Positions 8,803 to 16,715 of a DNA stretch of 64,000 nt are shown one piece after another; within the stretch, counting starts at the first letter, position 1, and every line of letters starts with the position of its first letter. The stretch is from Rhizobium sp. Q54 (GTDB lineage: Bacteria; Pseudomonadota; Alphaproteobacteria; Micropepsales; Micropepsaceae), in assembly GCA_945860165.1 (NCBI GenBank), contig CAMAPL010000012.1:679-64678 (forward strand). Reading direction: 5' to 3'. The notes under the pieces were generated by a model that was given only the letters and a program-made list of their open reading frames with translations, made no database searches and was not told where the DNA came from. Position numbers and translations under genes: made by a program.

Positions 8803-9870
8803 CTATTTCCGCGCCCCGATGGCCTTGAGCTCACTGACCCCGGTCACCGCGACACGGTCTCCTTCGCGCAAGGACCCGGCGATGGTGGCGGCGTCCTGGC
8901 CGCGCGCCAGGACGCGCACGGGAACCGGTTCAAATCCGCCGTTGCGGGTCACGAACACCGCCGGACCGCGGCCGCGCTGCACCACGGCATTGCGCGGCAC
9001 GGTGTAGCTTCCGGCATCGGCCTTGCGGGTGATGGAAAGGCGCACCGTCTGGCCGCTGACCAGCGTTCCCGGATTGGCCAGGCGCGCCCGGATCATGGCG
9101 CTACGCGTCCTGGGATCGATGCTGGTGCCCGCGGCCATGACCTGGCCGGTGACGCCGCTGCCCTCAACCTGAACGCCGTCACCCGCGGCCACGCGGCCCA
9201 CCATGGCGGCGGGCAATGCGCCTTCCACCCAAACCGCGTTGCCGGTCTGGATCGCCAGCACGGGCTGCATCGCAGTCAACTGATCGCCGGGCGAAACGGC
9301 AATGGACGCCACACGTCCCGCCGCAGGCGCCAGCAGGCGGTATTCGCCGCCTTCCGCGCCGCTGGCCCGGGCGGTCGCACTGCGCAGCGAGGCAAGTTCG
9401 GCCGCCGCCGCCACGGTTTGGGCGCCCGCTTCCTCGGCCCGGCTGGCGGGGGCAATGCCCTCGGTGACCAAGGTCCTGGCCCGATCGGACGCCGCCTTGG
9501 CGCTGCGATAATGTGCTTCCTGTCCGCGCAGCTTGGCCAGCGCGGCGTGCATGTCGGCGCTGGTGATAATGGCGAGCACGTCACCCTTCCTGACGATGTC
9601 TCCTTCCAGCCGCACCAGCGCTTTCACGGTTCCCGCAAAAGGCGCCGATACAGGCGCGCGCGCGCCCGGACCGGGCGTGACGTGGCCCAGCACCGAGACC
9701 AGGGACCTGGTCGAGGCCGGCCGCACCAAGGCCGTTTTGATACCGAGATGATGTGCCTGCTGCGGCGTGACCGGCAGGATTTTGGCGCTGGCTGGGCAGC
9801 ACAGAGCTGTCAGCAGAAGGAACGCAGGAAAGAAACGCGTGTGTGCGCGCGCGGGTGCGTGGAAATGCAT
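8803..9870 (-). CDS. czcB: RND efflux periplasmic adaptor (membrane fusion protein, CzcB/CusB-like)
   Basis: I take the start at MHFHAPARAHTRFFPAFLLLTALCCPASA (a signal peptide). The body has biotinyl-lipoyl and beta-barrel type MFP sequence (VKALVRLEGDIVRKGDVLAII...). It ends 2 nt before czcA. Confidence 0.85.
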   Translation of the reverse strand: MHFHAPARAHTRFFPAFLLLTALCCPASAKILPVTPQQAHHLGIKTALVRPASTRSLVSVLGHVTPGPGARAPVSAPFAGTVKALVRLEGDIVRKGDVLAIITSADMHAALAKLRGQEAHYRSAKAASDRARTLVTEGIAPASRAEEAGAQTVAAAAELASLRSATARASGAEGGEYRLLAPAAGRVASIAVSPGDQLTAMQPVLAIQTGNAVWVEGALPAAMVGRVAAGDGVQVEGSGVTGQVMAAGTSIDPRTRSAMIRARLANPGTLVSGQTVRLSITRKADAGSYTVPRNAVVQRGRGPAVFVTRNGGFEPVPVRVLARGQDAATIAGSLREGDRVAVTGVSELKAIGARK

Positions 9871-9944
9871 GATGTCCTCGAAAGAGCATGGGGCCAGGCA
9901 TGATGATGCCGGCGCGGGTCGGCGCACGGCGTGGACGCTGGGGG

Positions 9945-10325
9945 CTAGGCTCTGGGGGGGCGTTCTGGCTGCGGCAGCCGGATGCTGTTGCGCAGATGGT
10001 CGCGCATCAGGGGATTGCGGTCGCCGGTTGCGATGGGCGCGGCAATGTCGGTTGGCAGCAACAGCGGCATGCCGGCGGCAATGTCACCGTGATGATGGTG
10101 ACCGCCGGGATGGCCGGGATGGCCGGAATGCCTTTCGGAATCCTGGCCAAGATTATCCAGCGATATATTGCTGAACGGCACATGCTCATGATCACCGGAC
10201 GCCCTGGTCATGTGCTGGACATCGATGATCACGGTGGCGGCGCCTGCGCCGGTGAAGACAAGCGACAACACAACGCAAAGCAGCGCGCAGAGCTTCCGGA
10301 ACGGCAATTGGTCAGATGTCTTCAC
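9945..10325 (-). CDS. Small exported His-rich protein (possible metal-binding accessory protein)
   Basis: 126-aa ORF that is first in the operon. It has a hydrophobic leader (LCALLCVVLSLVFTGAGAA) and a His cluster (DHEH...ERHSGHPGHPGGHHHHGD). The start is GTG with no clear SD, so the start is uncertain. I recognise no family. Confidence 0.5.
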   Translation of the reverse strand: MKTSDQLPFRKLCALLCVVLSLVFTGAGAATVIIDVQHMTRASGDHEHVPFSNISLDNLGQDSERHSGHPGHPGGHHHHGDIAAGMPLLLPTDIAAPIATGDRNPLMRDHLRNSIRLPQPERPPRA

Positions 10326-10713
10326 CGCGGGAAACTAGCCGGTCGACACGGGCGGGGCAACGCCAAGGTCAGGTGCTTGGCCGATGCACATTGGTTCCAC
10401 CTGTTCATGACTGTGTCTATATCAGACGTGGGCGCCTATCCCGCTACCACTCGGAGCAAAAAGCCAAACCTGTCTGCATGTCCGCTTTGGCAGCGCATAG
10501 CGGAAAATTTTCCGATAAGGCCCAGTAAGACGATCTGCAGACCGGCCGGCCTAGCCCGAGCCGGGCGTGGCACGGCCTCCCGGGGCTACCTAGGGCCTCA
10601 TTTCCAAGCTGGCAGGCCGATATCCAGCTTATCCCCACATAAACCGCCGTAGACTGGTTCGAAAAATGCACAGCACGGTTCGATATACATCTTCGCTGAG
10701 TCTGATAAATTTT

Positions 10714-10846
10714 TTCCCGGCGGGTCGCCCGGCGGATATCCTTCACAACCTGCTCCGCAGGCTTCTTCGCGCTTAGGTGTTTTGGTCTCATCTTCGTTCC
10801 TTCGTCACTACGACGAGACCAAAACCCTCCTTAAATCACAACCTCA
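10714..10846 (-). mobile_element. Stub of an IS3-family element (left end plus the first ~26 codons of orfA)
   Basis: MRPKHLSAKKPAEQVVKDIRRATRR matches the N-terminus of a common IS3-family OrfA type, and similarity then stops. The 5' leader starts TGAGGTTGTGATTTAAGGAGG, which is a TG terminus. The extent is approximate. Confidence 0.5.
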
Positions 10847-11449
10847 ATTCTGGGCCATAGGCGCTGACGGCGGACACTCGGCCAACCCGATCTGAAATAT
10901 AGGAACGGGGTCGAGGACGCTCGCAAGAATTTGGTTCAAATCCGCGGGGTCGATCTGAGAAAACGCTTTGTGATCAGTCAAGCCGTTCGCCCGAAGTGAT
11001 TTGTCTGACAGTTCTTCGACCCCAAAAAACAAGAAGCCGCCTTTGTTATTAGCCAGCCCCGCGATTGCACGAATGGCGGCAGATGACCGGTCCGCTGGCT
11101 TCAACCCAGGGAAGGCGGCTTTGCATTCGGCCTCATCCGTTTCGTGGGTCCTGAGAAACCAACTCGCCCCTTTTTTCTCGAAGTGGTCCTTTGCTTTATC
11201 CCCGACACTTCGTTTGGCAGATGCAACGGGTTTCGAAGCGGTAGATGTAAGGAAGGCATCAAGCACTGGACCGGTTGCGGCGGGCACTTTTGGTCCGTAT
11301 GTGCCCTTCCTTATTTGTGTTATGCGGCCAGAATTAACAGGACGATCCGGACGATTGAACAAGAACTGGATATGCTGGTTCTTCATATCGCGAGACAGCA
11401 TTGCCTTGACCAGGGCTATCTCATCGTCGCTGATCGTTCTTTTCGGCAT
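10844..11449 (-). pseudogene. AlbA_2 (Schlafen-type, divergent AAA) domain protein, apparently 3'-truncated by the IS stub
   Basis: 201-aa ORF in a visibly lower-GC patch. AIRAIAGLANNKGGFLFFGVEE is the AlbA_2 core motif. Its TGA stop is the first 3 nt of the IS stub terminus, and family members are usually more than twice as long. Confidence 0.5.
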
Positions 11450-11938
11450 CTACGCCTAATGCCATATCCCCTCCTAACAATACAGCAATGCAGGTATTCA
11501 TCGTGAAAGAACCTAACAAGATAGAGCTTCAGAAGCTGACGTGCGACCTTCGAAATGCTCATTGGCCTAATGCATTAGCTGTGTCAGTCCAAGCCTATGC
11601 CGATTACTGTCACTGGTCGGGGATATTCCGAGGCTGGTTTGATCGGTAGTTAGACCACGCTAGGCACGTTTCTCGCCTCACATGCGGTCATGAGATGACA
11701 ACCTGTCAGCGAGGGTCAGCCGATCGACCCGTTGCCATCGGCGCCCCACTACCTCACGACACCTGAGGTCTCCAACGAGTGAGGTAGTTCAGGTCCGATG
11801 CCCGCTGGCTCGCATCGTTCCACGAATGGCAGATCAGCCGATCCTTGCTGGACAGCCCACTCAGTGTTGGAGAAAGGCCGGTGCCGGAATCAAGCAGCTA
11901 CCATGAGCCTAACTATGGAGAATCGAACAGAATTTCAG

Positions 11939-11975
11939 TTGGGAAGCTGCCGTTCTACCATTGAACTACACCCGC
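11939..11975 (-). pseudogene. tRNA-Gly(CCC) 5' half relic
   Basis: The reverse complement GCGGGTG-TA-GTTC-AATGGTA-GAAC-G-GCAGC-TTCCCAA gives a perfect acceptor 5' strand, D arm and anticodon loop. The 3' anticodon-stem strand, a pairing T stem and the acceptor 3' strand are all missing. Confidence 0.5.
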
Positions 11976-12112
11976 GCCCGATGAGGCTTATATCGTGCTG
12001 CCATCCGGTTTGGGAAGCCGCCGCTCGCCCAGCGCCTCGCCCACCCATCTGCCAATTTGCCCGCCAGCGCGTCTTGTGTCTCACTAGCCAAAACAACGCC
12101 GGGGAGGCCAAT

Positions 12113-12481
12113 ATGCCCGATCAGAAACTCCAAGTTTTCGACACCAATTCCATGCCGTGGAAGGAAAGTTTCATGCCCGCGCTGGGCAAGGCAGTTTTCG
12201 TCAAGCCCTTTGTCGAAGACCCCGAGACCGGCGTCACGGTGCGGATGGCCAAGTATCCCGCCGGCTTCATGAACACCTGGCACACCCATCCCTGCGCCCA
12301 TGGCATCTATGTGCTGGAAGGCACCCTGGTCACCCATGAGGGCTCGTTCGGGCCGGGCAATTTCGTCTGGTTTTCCGAAGGTATGCGGATGCAGCACGGC
12401 GCCACGCAAATCGAAGACGTGACCGTGCTGTTCATCACCAACAAGAAATTCGAGATCTGGCACGAGAATCCGGTCGGCTAA
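12113..12481 (+). CDS. Cupin-domain protein (ChrR-like cupin)
   Basis: I take the start at ATG 12113, preceded by GGGGAGG. The 122-aa product contains VRMAKYPAGFMNTWHTHPCAHGIYVLEG...FVWFSEG, a cupin metal-site pattern. The longer track ORF runs over the tRNA relic. Confidence 0.75.
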   Translation: MPDQKLQVFDTNSMPWKESFMPALGKAVFVKPFVEDPETGVTVRMAKYPAGFMNTWHTHPCAHGIYVLEGTLVTHEGSFGPGNFVWFSEGMRMQHGATQIEDVTVLFITNKKFEIWHENPVG

Positions 12482-12517
12482 AGCAAAGTGCTTTCAGGCT
12501 GAACCAGATCGAGCCAA

Positions 12518-12605
12518 CTTGTCATTCCCGCGCAAGCGGGAATCTAGCTTCAAGCAATCACCGCTGAATGGAAATTTGGATTCCCACTTGCGCGGGAATG
12601 ACAAG
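12518..12605. repeat. Composite palindromic intergenic repeat, copy A (type 1 unit, spacer, inverted type 1 unit)
   Basis: TTGTCATTCCCGCGCAAGCGGGAATC (12519-12544) and GGATTCCCACTTGCGCGGGAATGACAAG (12578-12605) are inverted copies, and each is itself a hairpin. The element lies between two convergent stop codons. Confidence 0.85.
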
Positions 12606-12607
12606 GA

Positions 12608-14122
12608 TTAGTTCGCCCCGCCCACCTTCGCCGTCATCGCCGCGTGGATGATGTGGAAGATGCTGTGCTGCTCGATGGTGCCCTTGAACAGATGCGCCAT
12701 CGGACCCGAGGCGCGCACCGCGACATCCTCGCCGCCGTGGGTCTCGCCCGCCAACGGCACCAGCGCCTGCTGGCGGTAATCCAAAGCTATGGTGTCGGTG
12801 GCGGCGGGATCGCTGCGCGGCGCATCAACGGTGGCGCCCGGACCATTGGCATAGCCCAGCGTGGTGTAGGCCTTGCCGTCCTTCGCCTTGACCACCTGGC
12901 CATCCAAGCCCCGTATGATGCCCAGGATGGGATTGCCGCGGATGGGATAGCCGCTCATCACCAGCGTGTGACTGTGATCGGCGGTGACCAGCACCAGCGT
13001 ATCTTTCAGGTTCACCATGTCCAGCGCCGCGCGCACCGCGCCGTCAAGCGCGACGGCGTCTTCCAGCGCCCGCCTGGCATTGCCGGCATGATGGCCATGA
13101 TCGACGCGGCCGCCTTCGACCAGCAGGATATATCCGGTCTTGCGGTTGCCCAGCCGGGTGATGGCGGTGCGGGTCATGTCGGCCAGCGACGGCTCGCCGC
13201 CCTTGTCGCCCGCGCGGTCGGCTTCATAGCGCATATGGTCGGGCTCGAAGAGGCCGAGCAGCTTGCCGTCGCCCGCCATCTTGAGCGCGGCAAAGTCGCG
13301 CTCATTCCAGACATACGTGCCTGTCGGATTGGCCTTGCGCCAGGCGGCGACAAGATCGCGCCCGTCGGTGCGCCGGCCGGTCTTATCCGTATACTCCGGG
13401 TCGGGTGTGGTGGCGGGCAGGAAATTGCTGCGCCCACCGCCCAGGATGACGTCGAGCTTGCTGCCGACCGGCTGTTCGATCATCTGGCGCGCGATATCGA
13501 GGCAGCCGGCGCTTTTCGCCGCGACCGGCATGTCACTGTCCGCCTCCCAGTCGCGCTGCGGCGTGTGGGCATAGGCGGCAGCCGGCGTGGCATGGGTGAT
13601 GCGTGCGGTGGAGATGACGCCGGTGGCGCGGCCGGTGCCTTGCGCGAAGGCGAAGATCGACGGGATCGCCTTGTCCTTCGATCCCGCACAATCATCTTCC
13701 AGAGCTTCCGGCCCCAGGCCGATAATGCCGTTGCGCAGCTTGACCCCGGCCAAGATGGCGCTGGCGGTGGGCGCGGAATCCGACACCTGGGCGTCATGGG
13801 AATAGGTTTTCACCAGCGCGGCATGGGACAGGCTGTCCATGGCGGTGGTGAAGGATTCCCCGTCCCTCCCCAGCTTCTGGCCCTGATAAATGCGCGCCGC
13901 CGTCAGGGTGCTCATCCCCATACCGTCGCCGATGAAGATGATGACGTTGCGCGCCCGCCCGTTGATCGGCACGCTGGCCTTGAGCCGCGCCAGTTCGGCT
14001 TGCGCCTGGCGGCGATAATCCCCGGTCGTGACCTGCGCGCCCTGCGTAATCGTTTGTGCCATGGCGGGGGACGAAAAAAACAACGCCGCGAAAAGTGTGG
14101 CAAGAGGCCTGGAGCTATTCAT
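12608..14122 (-). CDS. Alkaline phosphatase (PhoA family), exported
   Basis: I take the start at MNSSRPLATLFAALFFSSPAMA (a Sec leader). VIIFIGDGMGMSTLTAARIY and the DSAPTASA active-site Ser region are PhoA-family signatures. Confidence 0.9.
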   Translation of the reverse strand: MNSSRPLATLFAALFFSSPAMAQTITQGAQVTTGDYRRQAQAELARLKASVPINGRARNVIIFIGDGMGMSTLTAARIYQGQKLGRDGESFTTAMDSLSHAALVKTYSHDAQVSDSAPTASAILAGVKLRNGIIGLGPEALEDDCAGSKDKAIPSIFAFAQGTGRATGVISTARITHATPAAAYAHTPQRDWEADSDMPVAAKSAGCLDIARQMIEQPVGSKLDVILGGGRSNFLPATTPDPEYTDKTGRRTDGRDLVAAWRKANPTGTYVWNERDFAALKMAGDGKLLGLFEPDHMRYEADRAGDKGGEPSLADMTRTAITRLGNRKTGYILLVEGGRVDHGHHAGNARRALEDAVALDGAVRAALDMVNLKDTLVLVTADHSHTLVMSGYPIRGNPILGIIRGLDGQVVKAKDGKAYTTLGYANGPGATVDAPRSDPAATDTIALDYRQQALVPLAGETHGGEDVAVRASGPMAHLFKGTIEQHSIFHIIHAAMTAKVGGAN

Positions 14123-14304
14123 GGTTGTTCTTTCTTGAGGGCGGGACGGTGCGCAACGCCACAACACACAGTGTTTCCTAACATGATGACACATTCGTCT
14201 CAAACTGGAATCAAACGGTAAAATTGCGCACCTTTAGGCATTGCCGTAACGCCCCGGAAAAGTCTGCCCGCTAGGGTACGCGTATTGAAACAAGGGGCTT
14301 GATC

Positions 14305-14463
14305 ATGATTTTGAAGAATTTCTGGAAGAACGAAGATGGGGCGACTGCCATTGAGTATGGGCTGATCGCCGCATTGATCGCGGTGGTGATCATCACCGGC
14401 GTCACCGCCGTGGGCACCAGCCTCAGCACCACCTTCACCAACATCTCCTCCAACCTGAAATAG
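14305..14463 (+). CDS. flp: Flp/Fap family type IVb pilin (52 aa)
   Basis: MILKNFWKNEDGATAIEYGLIAALIAVVIITGVTAVGTSLSTTFTNISSNLK. The G/ATAIEYGLIA prepilin-processing motif plus a hydrophobic helix are diagnostic. An SD-like CAAGGGG sits 8 nt upstream. It is below the ORF-track size cutoff. Confidence 0.8.
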   Translation: MILKNFWKNEDGATAIEYGLIAALIAVVIITGVTAVGTSLSTTFTNISSNLK

Positions 14464-14514
14464 GCTGGCGCCCAGTCCCCTGCCCCGCTAGCCTTGCGCA
14501 AAACGGGGTGGGGC

Positions 14515-15348
14515 ATGGCGCAGACATTGCTGGTCTATCAATCATTATGGGCGATGGAGCGGCGCCGTCCCGACGGGGCGGAATGGGAGCTGGACGAAAA
14601 GCTGGCGATGATCCGCGATGCGGGCTTTGACGGCTGCGGCGTTCGCTTCATCGATGCCGATTATGCGCGGAAAGTCACAAGCTTCCTGCGCCAGCACGCC
14701 ATGACCTGGCAGGCGCAATGCTATCCCCAGACCGTCGATGACCTGAAGCCGGTGCTGGCGCTGGTCCATGAGCTGGGCGCAGATCATCTCAACCTGCAGC
14801 CGGACGTGCGGCCCTATACGCTGGAGGAATGCGTTCCCTATATCGAAGGCTGGCGCAAACTGGCGGTGGAGGCGGAGATCGAGCTGCATATCGAGACCCA
14901 TCGCGACCGCATGACCACCGACCTGTTCCACACCCTGCACCTGCTCGACCGTTTCCCCGACCTGCGCTTCACCGCCGACCTGTCGCATTATGTGGTGGGA
15001 CGCGAATTCGCCTGGCCGATCGCCCCCGAGAACCACGCTATGATGAAGCGCATCCTGGACAATAGCTGGGGCATCCATGGCAGGATCGCCAGCCGCGAAC
15101 AGATCCAGGTGCAGTTCAATTTCCCGCAACACCAGGACTGGCTGGAGCTGTTCATGGGCTGGTGGGAATACGGCATCCGTTCCTGGAAGAACCGCGCCGG
15201 GCCGGACGAGACCCTGACCTTCCTGTGCGAGTTCGGGCCGCCGCCCTATGCCATCACCGGCGCCGACGGATATGAACTGTCCGACCGCTGGCAGGAATCT
15301 TTGCAGATGAAGGAGATGATCCGCGAGTTGTGGAAGCGGATCGACTAG
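14515..15348 (+). CDS. Sugar phosphate isomerase/epimerase (xylose isomerase-like TIM barrel)
   Basis: I take the start at MAQTLLVYQSLWAM. The pattern ...IRDAGFDGCGVRF...ELGADHLNLQPD...IELHIETHRDRMT...FTADLSHY is typical of AP_endonuc_2/TIM-barrel family proteins. Confidence 0.75.
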   Translation: MAQTLLVYQSLWAMERRRPDGAEWELDEKLAMIRDAGFDGCGVRFIDADYARKVTSFLRQHAMTWQAQCYPQTVDDLKPVLALVHELGADHLNLQPDVRPYTLEECVPYIEGWRKLAVEAEIELHIETHRDRMTTDLFHTLHLLDRFPDLRFTADLSHYVVGREFAWPIAPENHAMMKRILDNSWGIHGRIASREQIQVQFNFPQHQDWLELFMGWWEYGIRSWKNRAGPDETLTFLCEFGPPPYAITGADGYELSDRWQESLQMKEMIRELWKRID

Positions 15349-16682
15349 GTCTGATCCTGTACATCGTCTTTACGGATGTCGTTCTTGTAGGTCTCCGGGC
15401 CGCACCACACCGCAAAGGCGGTGACAAATGAGATCGCCACGACATAAATGCACACGCCCCAGGGCGCGCCCGCCATCCAGGCGACCAACGTGGCGGCGAT
15501 CAACGGCGCCGGCCCGCCGGCGATGATCGAGCCCAACTCGCGGGCGAAGGCGAAACCCGAATAGCGCAGTCGCGGCCCGAACAGTTCGGCGAAATAGACC
15601 GCCTGCGGCCCAAACATGGCGCCGCTGCCGATGCCCATCTCGATGATGAAGGCCAGCGCGATCAACGTCGGGTCCTTGGTGCCCACCATCAGGAAGAAGG
15701 GCACGGCACAGGCCGCCGAGAACAGCGCCCCGAAGATATAGACCGGGCGGCGGCCAATGCGGTCCGACAGCCAGGCGAAGAAGAACAAGCCGCAGGCCAG
15801 AGCGATGTTGCCGCAGATGACGCCGAACACCGCGACATTGCGCGGTACGTCCAGCGTGGTGATCAGGTAGGACAGGCCGAAAACCGGATAGAGATAACCG
15901 AGCGCATTCTCGGCAAGTCGTGCGCCGACCACGACCAAGAAATTGCGTGGGCTGCGCCGGATCGCCTCCAGCGCCGGAATCTTCAGCGGCGGGCGCTTGG
16001 CGGCGGCTTCCAGGAATACCGGCGTCTCCGTCACCTTGGCGCGGATATAGACACCCAGTCCCAGCAGCAATACCGAACCCAGGAACGGCACACGCCAGCC
16101 CCAACTCATCAGGTCGTCGGCAGCCAGCATCCCGGTCGCCCAGAAGGTCGCACCGGCCAGCGCGTTGCCAACCGTGACGCCGAAGGGCGCAAAGGCGCCG
16201 TACACGCCGCGCTTGCCTTCAGGCGCGAACTCCACCGCCATCACCACCGCGCCACCATACTCCGCCCCGGCGCCGAAGCCCTGGCACAGGCGCAGGGTCA
16301 AAAGCAGGATCGGCGCCCAGATGCCGATCTGGGCATAGGTCGGCAGCAATCCGATCAAAAAGGTGCTGCCGCCCACCAGCAGCAGGGTCGCCACCAGCAT
16401 GGGCTTGCGGCCCCACTTGTCGCCGAAATGGCCGAAGAACAGCCCGCCGAAGGGCCGCGCCAGAAAGCCCATCGCGAAGGTGGTGAAGGAGGCCATCACG
16501 CCGATGGCGGGATCATAGGCGGGAAAGAAAAGCGGCCCGAACACCAGCGCCGAGGCCATGCCGTAGATGAAATAGTCGTACCATTCCAGCGCCGAACCGA
16601 TGCCCGCGGCGAGCATCACATGGCGCAAGCGCGTGGGAGAAGTCGGCGATGGGGCACTGGCATCCGTCACACTGTTCCCCAT
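15345..16682 (-). CDS. MFS transporter, metabolite:H+ symporter (MHS) family
   Basis: 445 aa. SALEWYDYFIYGMASALVFGPLFFP and GHFGDKWGRKP motifs are typical of the KgtP/ProP/ShiA-type MHS family. Confidence 0.85.
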   Translation of the reverse strand: MGNSVTDASAPSPTSPTRLRHVMLAAGIGSALEWYDYFIYGMASALVFGPLFFPAYDPAIGVMASFTTFAMGFLARPFGGLFFGHFGDKWGRKPMLVATLLLVGGSTFLIGLLPTYAQIGIWAPILLLTLRLCQGFGAGAEYGGAVVMAVEFAPEGKRGVYGAFAPFGVTVGNALAGATFWATGMLAADDLMSWGWRVPFLGSVLLLGLGVYIRAKVTETPVFLEAAAKRPPLKIPALEAIRRSPRNFLVVVGARLAENALGYLYPVFGLSYLITTLDVPRNVAVFGVICGNIALACGLFFFAWLSDRIGRRPVYIFGALFSAACAVPFFLMVGTKDPTLIALAFIIEMGIGSGAMFGPQAVYFAELFGPRLRYSGFAFARELGSIIAGGPAPLIAATLVAWMAGAPWGVCIYVVAISFVTAFAVWCGPETYKNDIRKDDVQDQT

Positions 16683-16715
16683 TTCTTATTAAACGCGGCG
16701 TCTTGAATGCGCCGC

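Noticed and set aside
10444-10791. 115-aa ORF as a real gene
   Set aside because: Only the first ~26 residues resemble an IS3 OrfA. The rest has no homology or coding character. I treat it as an IS stub plus read-through into non-coding DNA.
11488-11649. 53-aa plus-strand ORF (MQVFIVKEPNKIELQKL...) in the low-GC patch
   Set aside because: It has no SD and no recognisable motif, and it sits in degraded accessory DNA. The support is insufficient.
11850-11980. Attempt to fold a complete tRNA-Gly, including a 40-nt insertion after the anticodon loop
   Set aside because: A GCTGC that could close the anticodon stem lies 40 nt downstream, but no T arm or acceptor 3' strand follows it. The 40-nt insert is far too short for a group I intron. 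I kept it only as a 5'-half relic.
12644-14221. 525-aa plus-strand ORF
   Set aside because: It is the mirror frame of the alkaline phosphatase gene, which carries the PhoA active-site and leader signatures. The plus-strand product has no motifs and shows antisense-type composition.
15345-15348. Convergent genes sharing a palindromic CTAG as overlapping stop codons
   Set aside because: It is real in the sequence, but it is most likely a coincidence of compact gene packing. No structure or function is implied.
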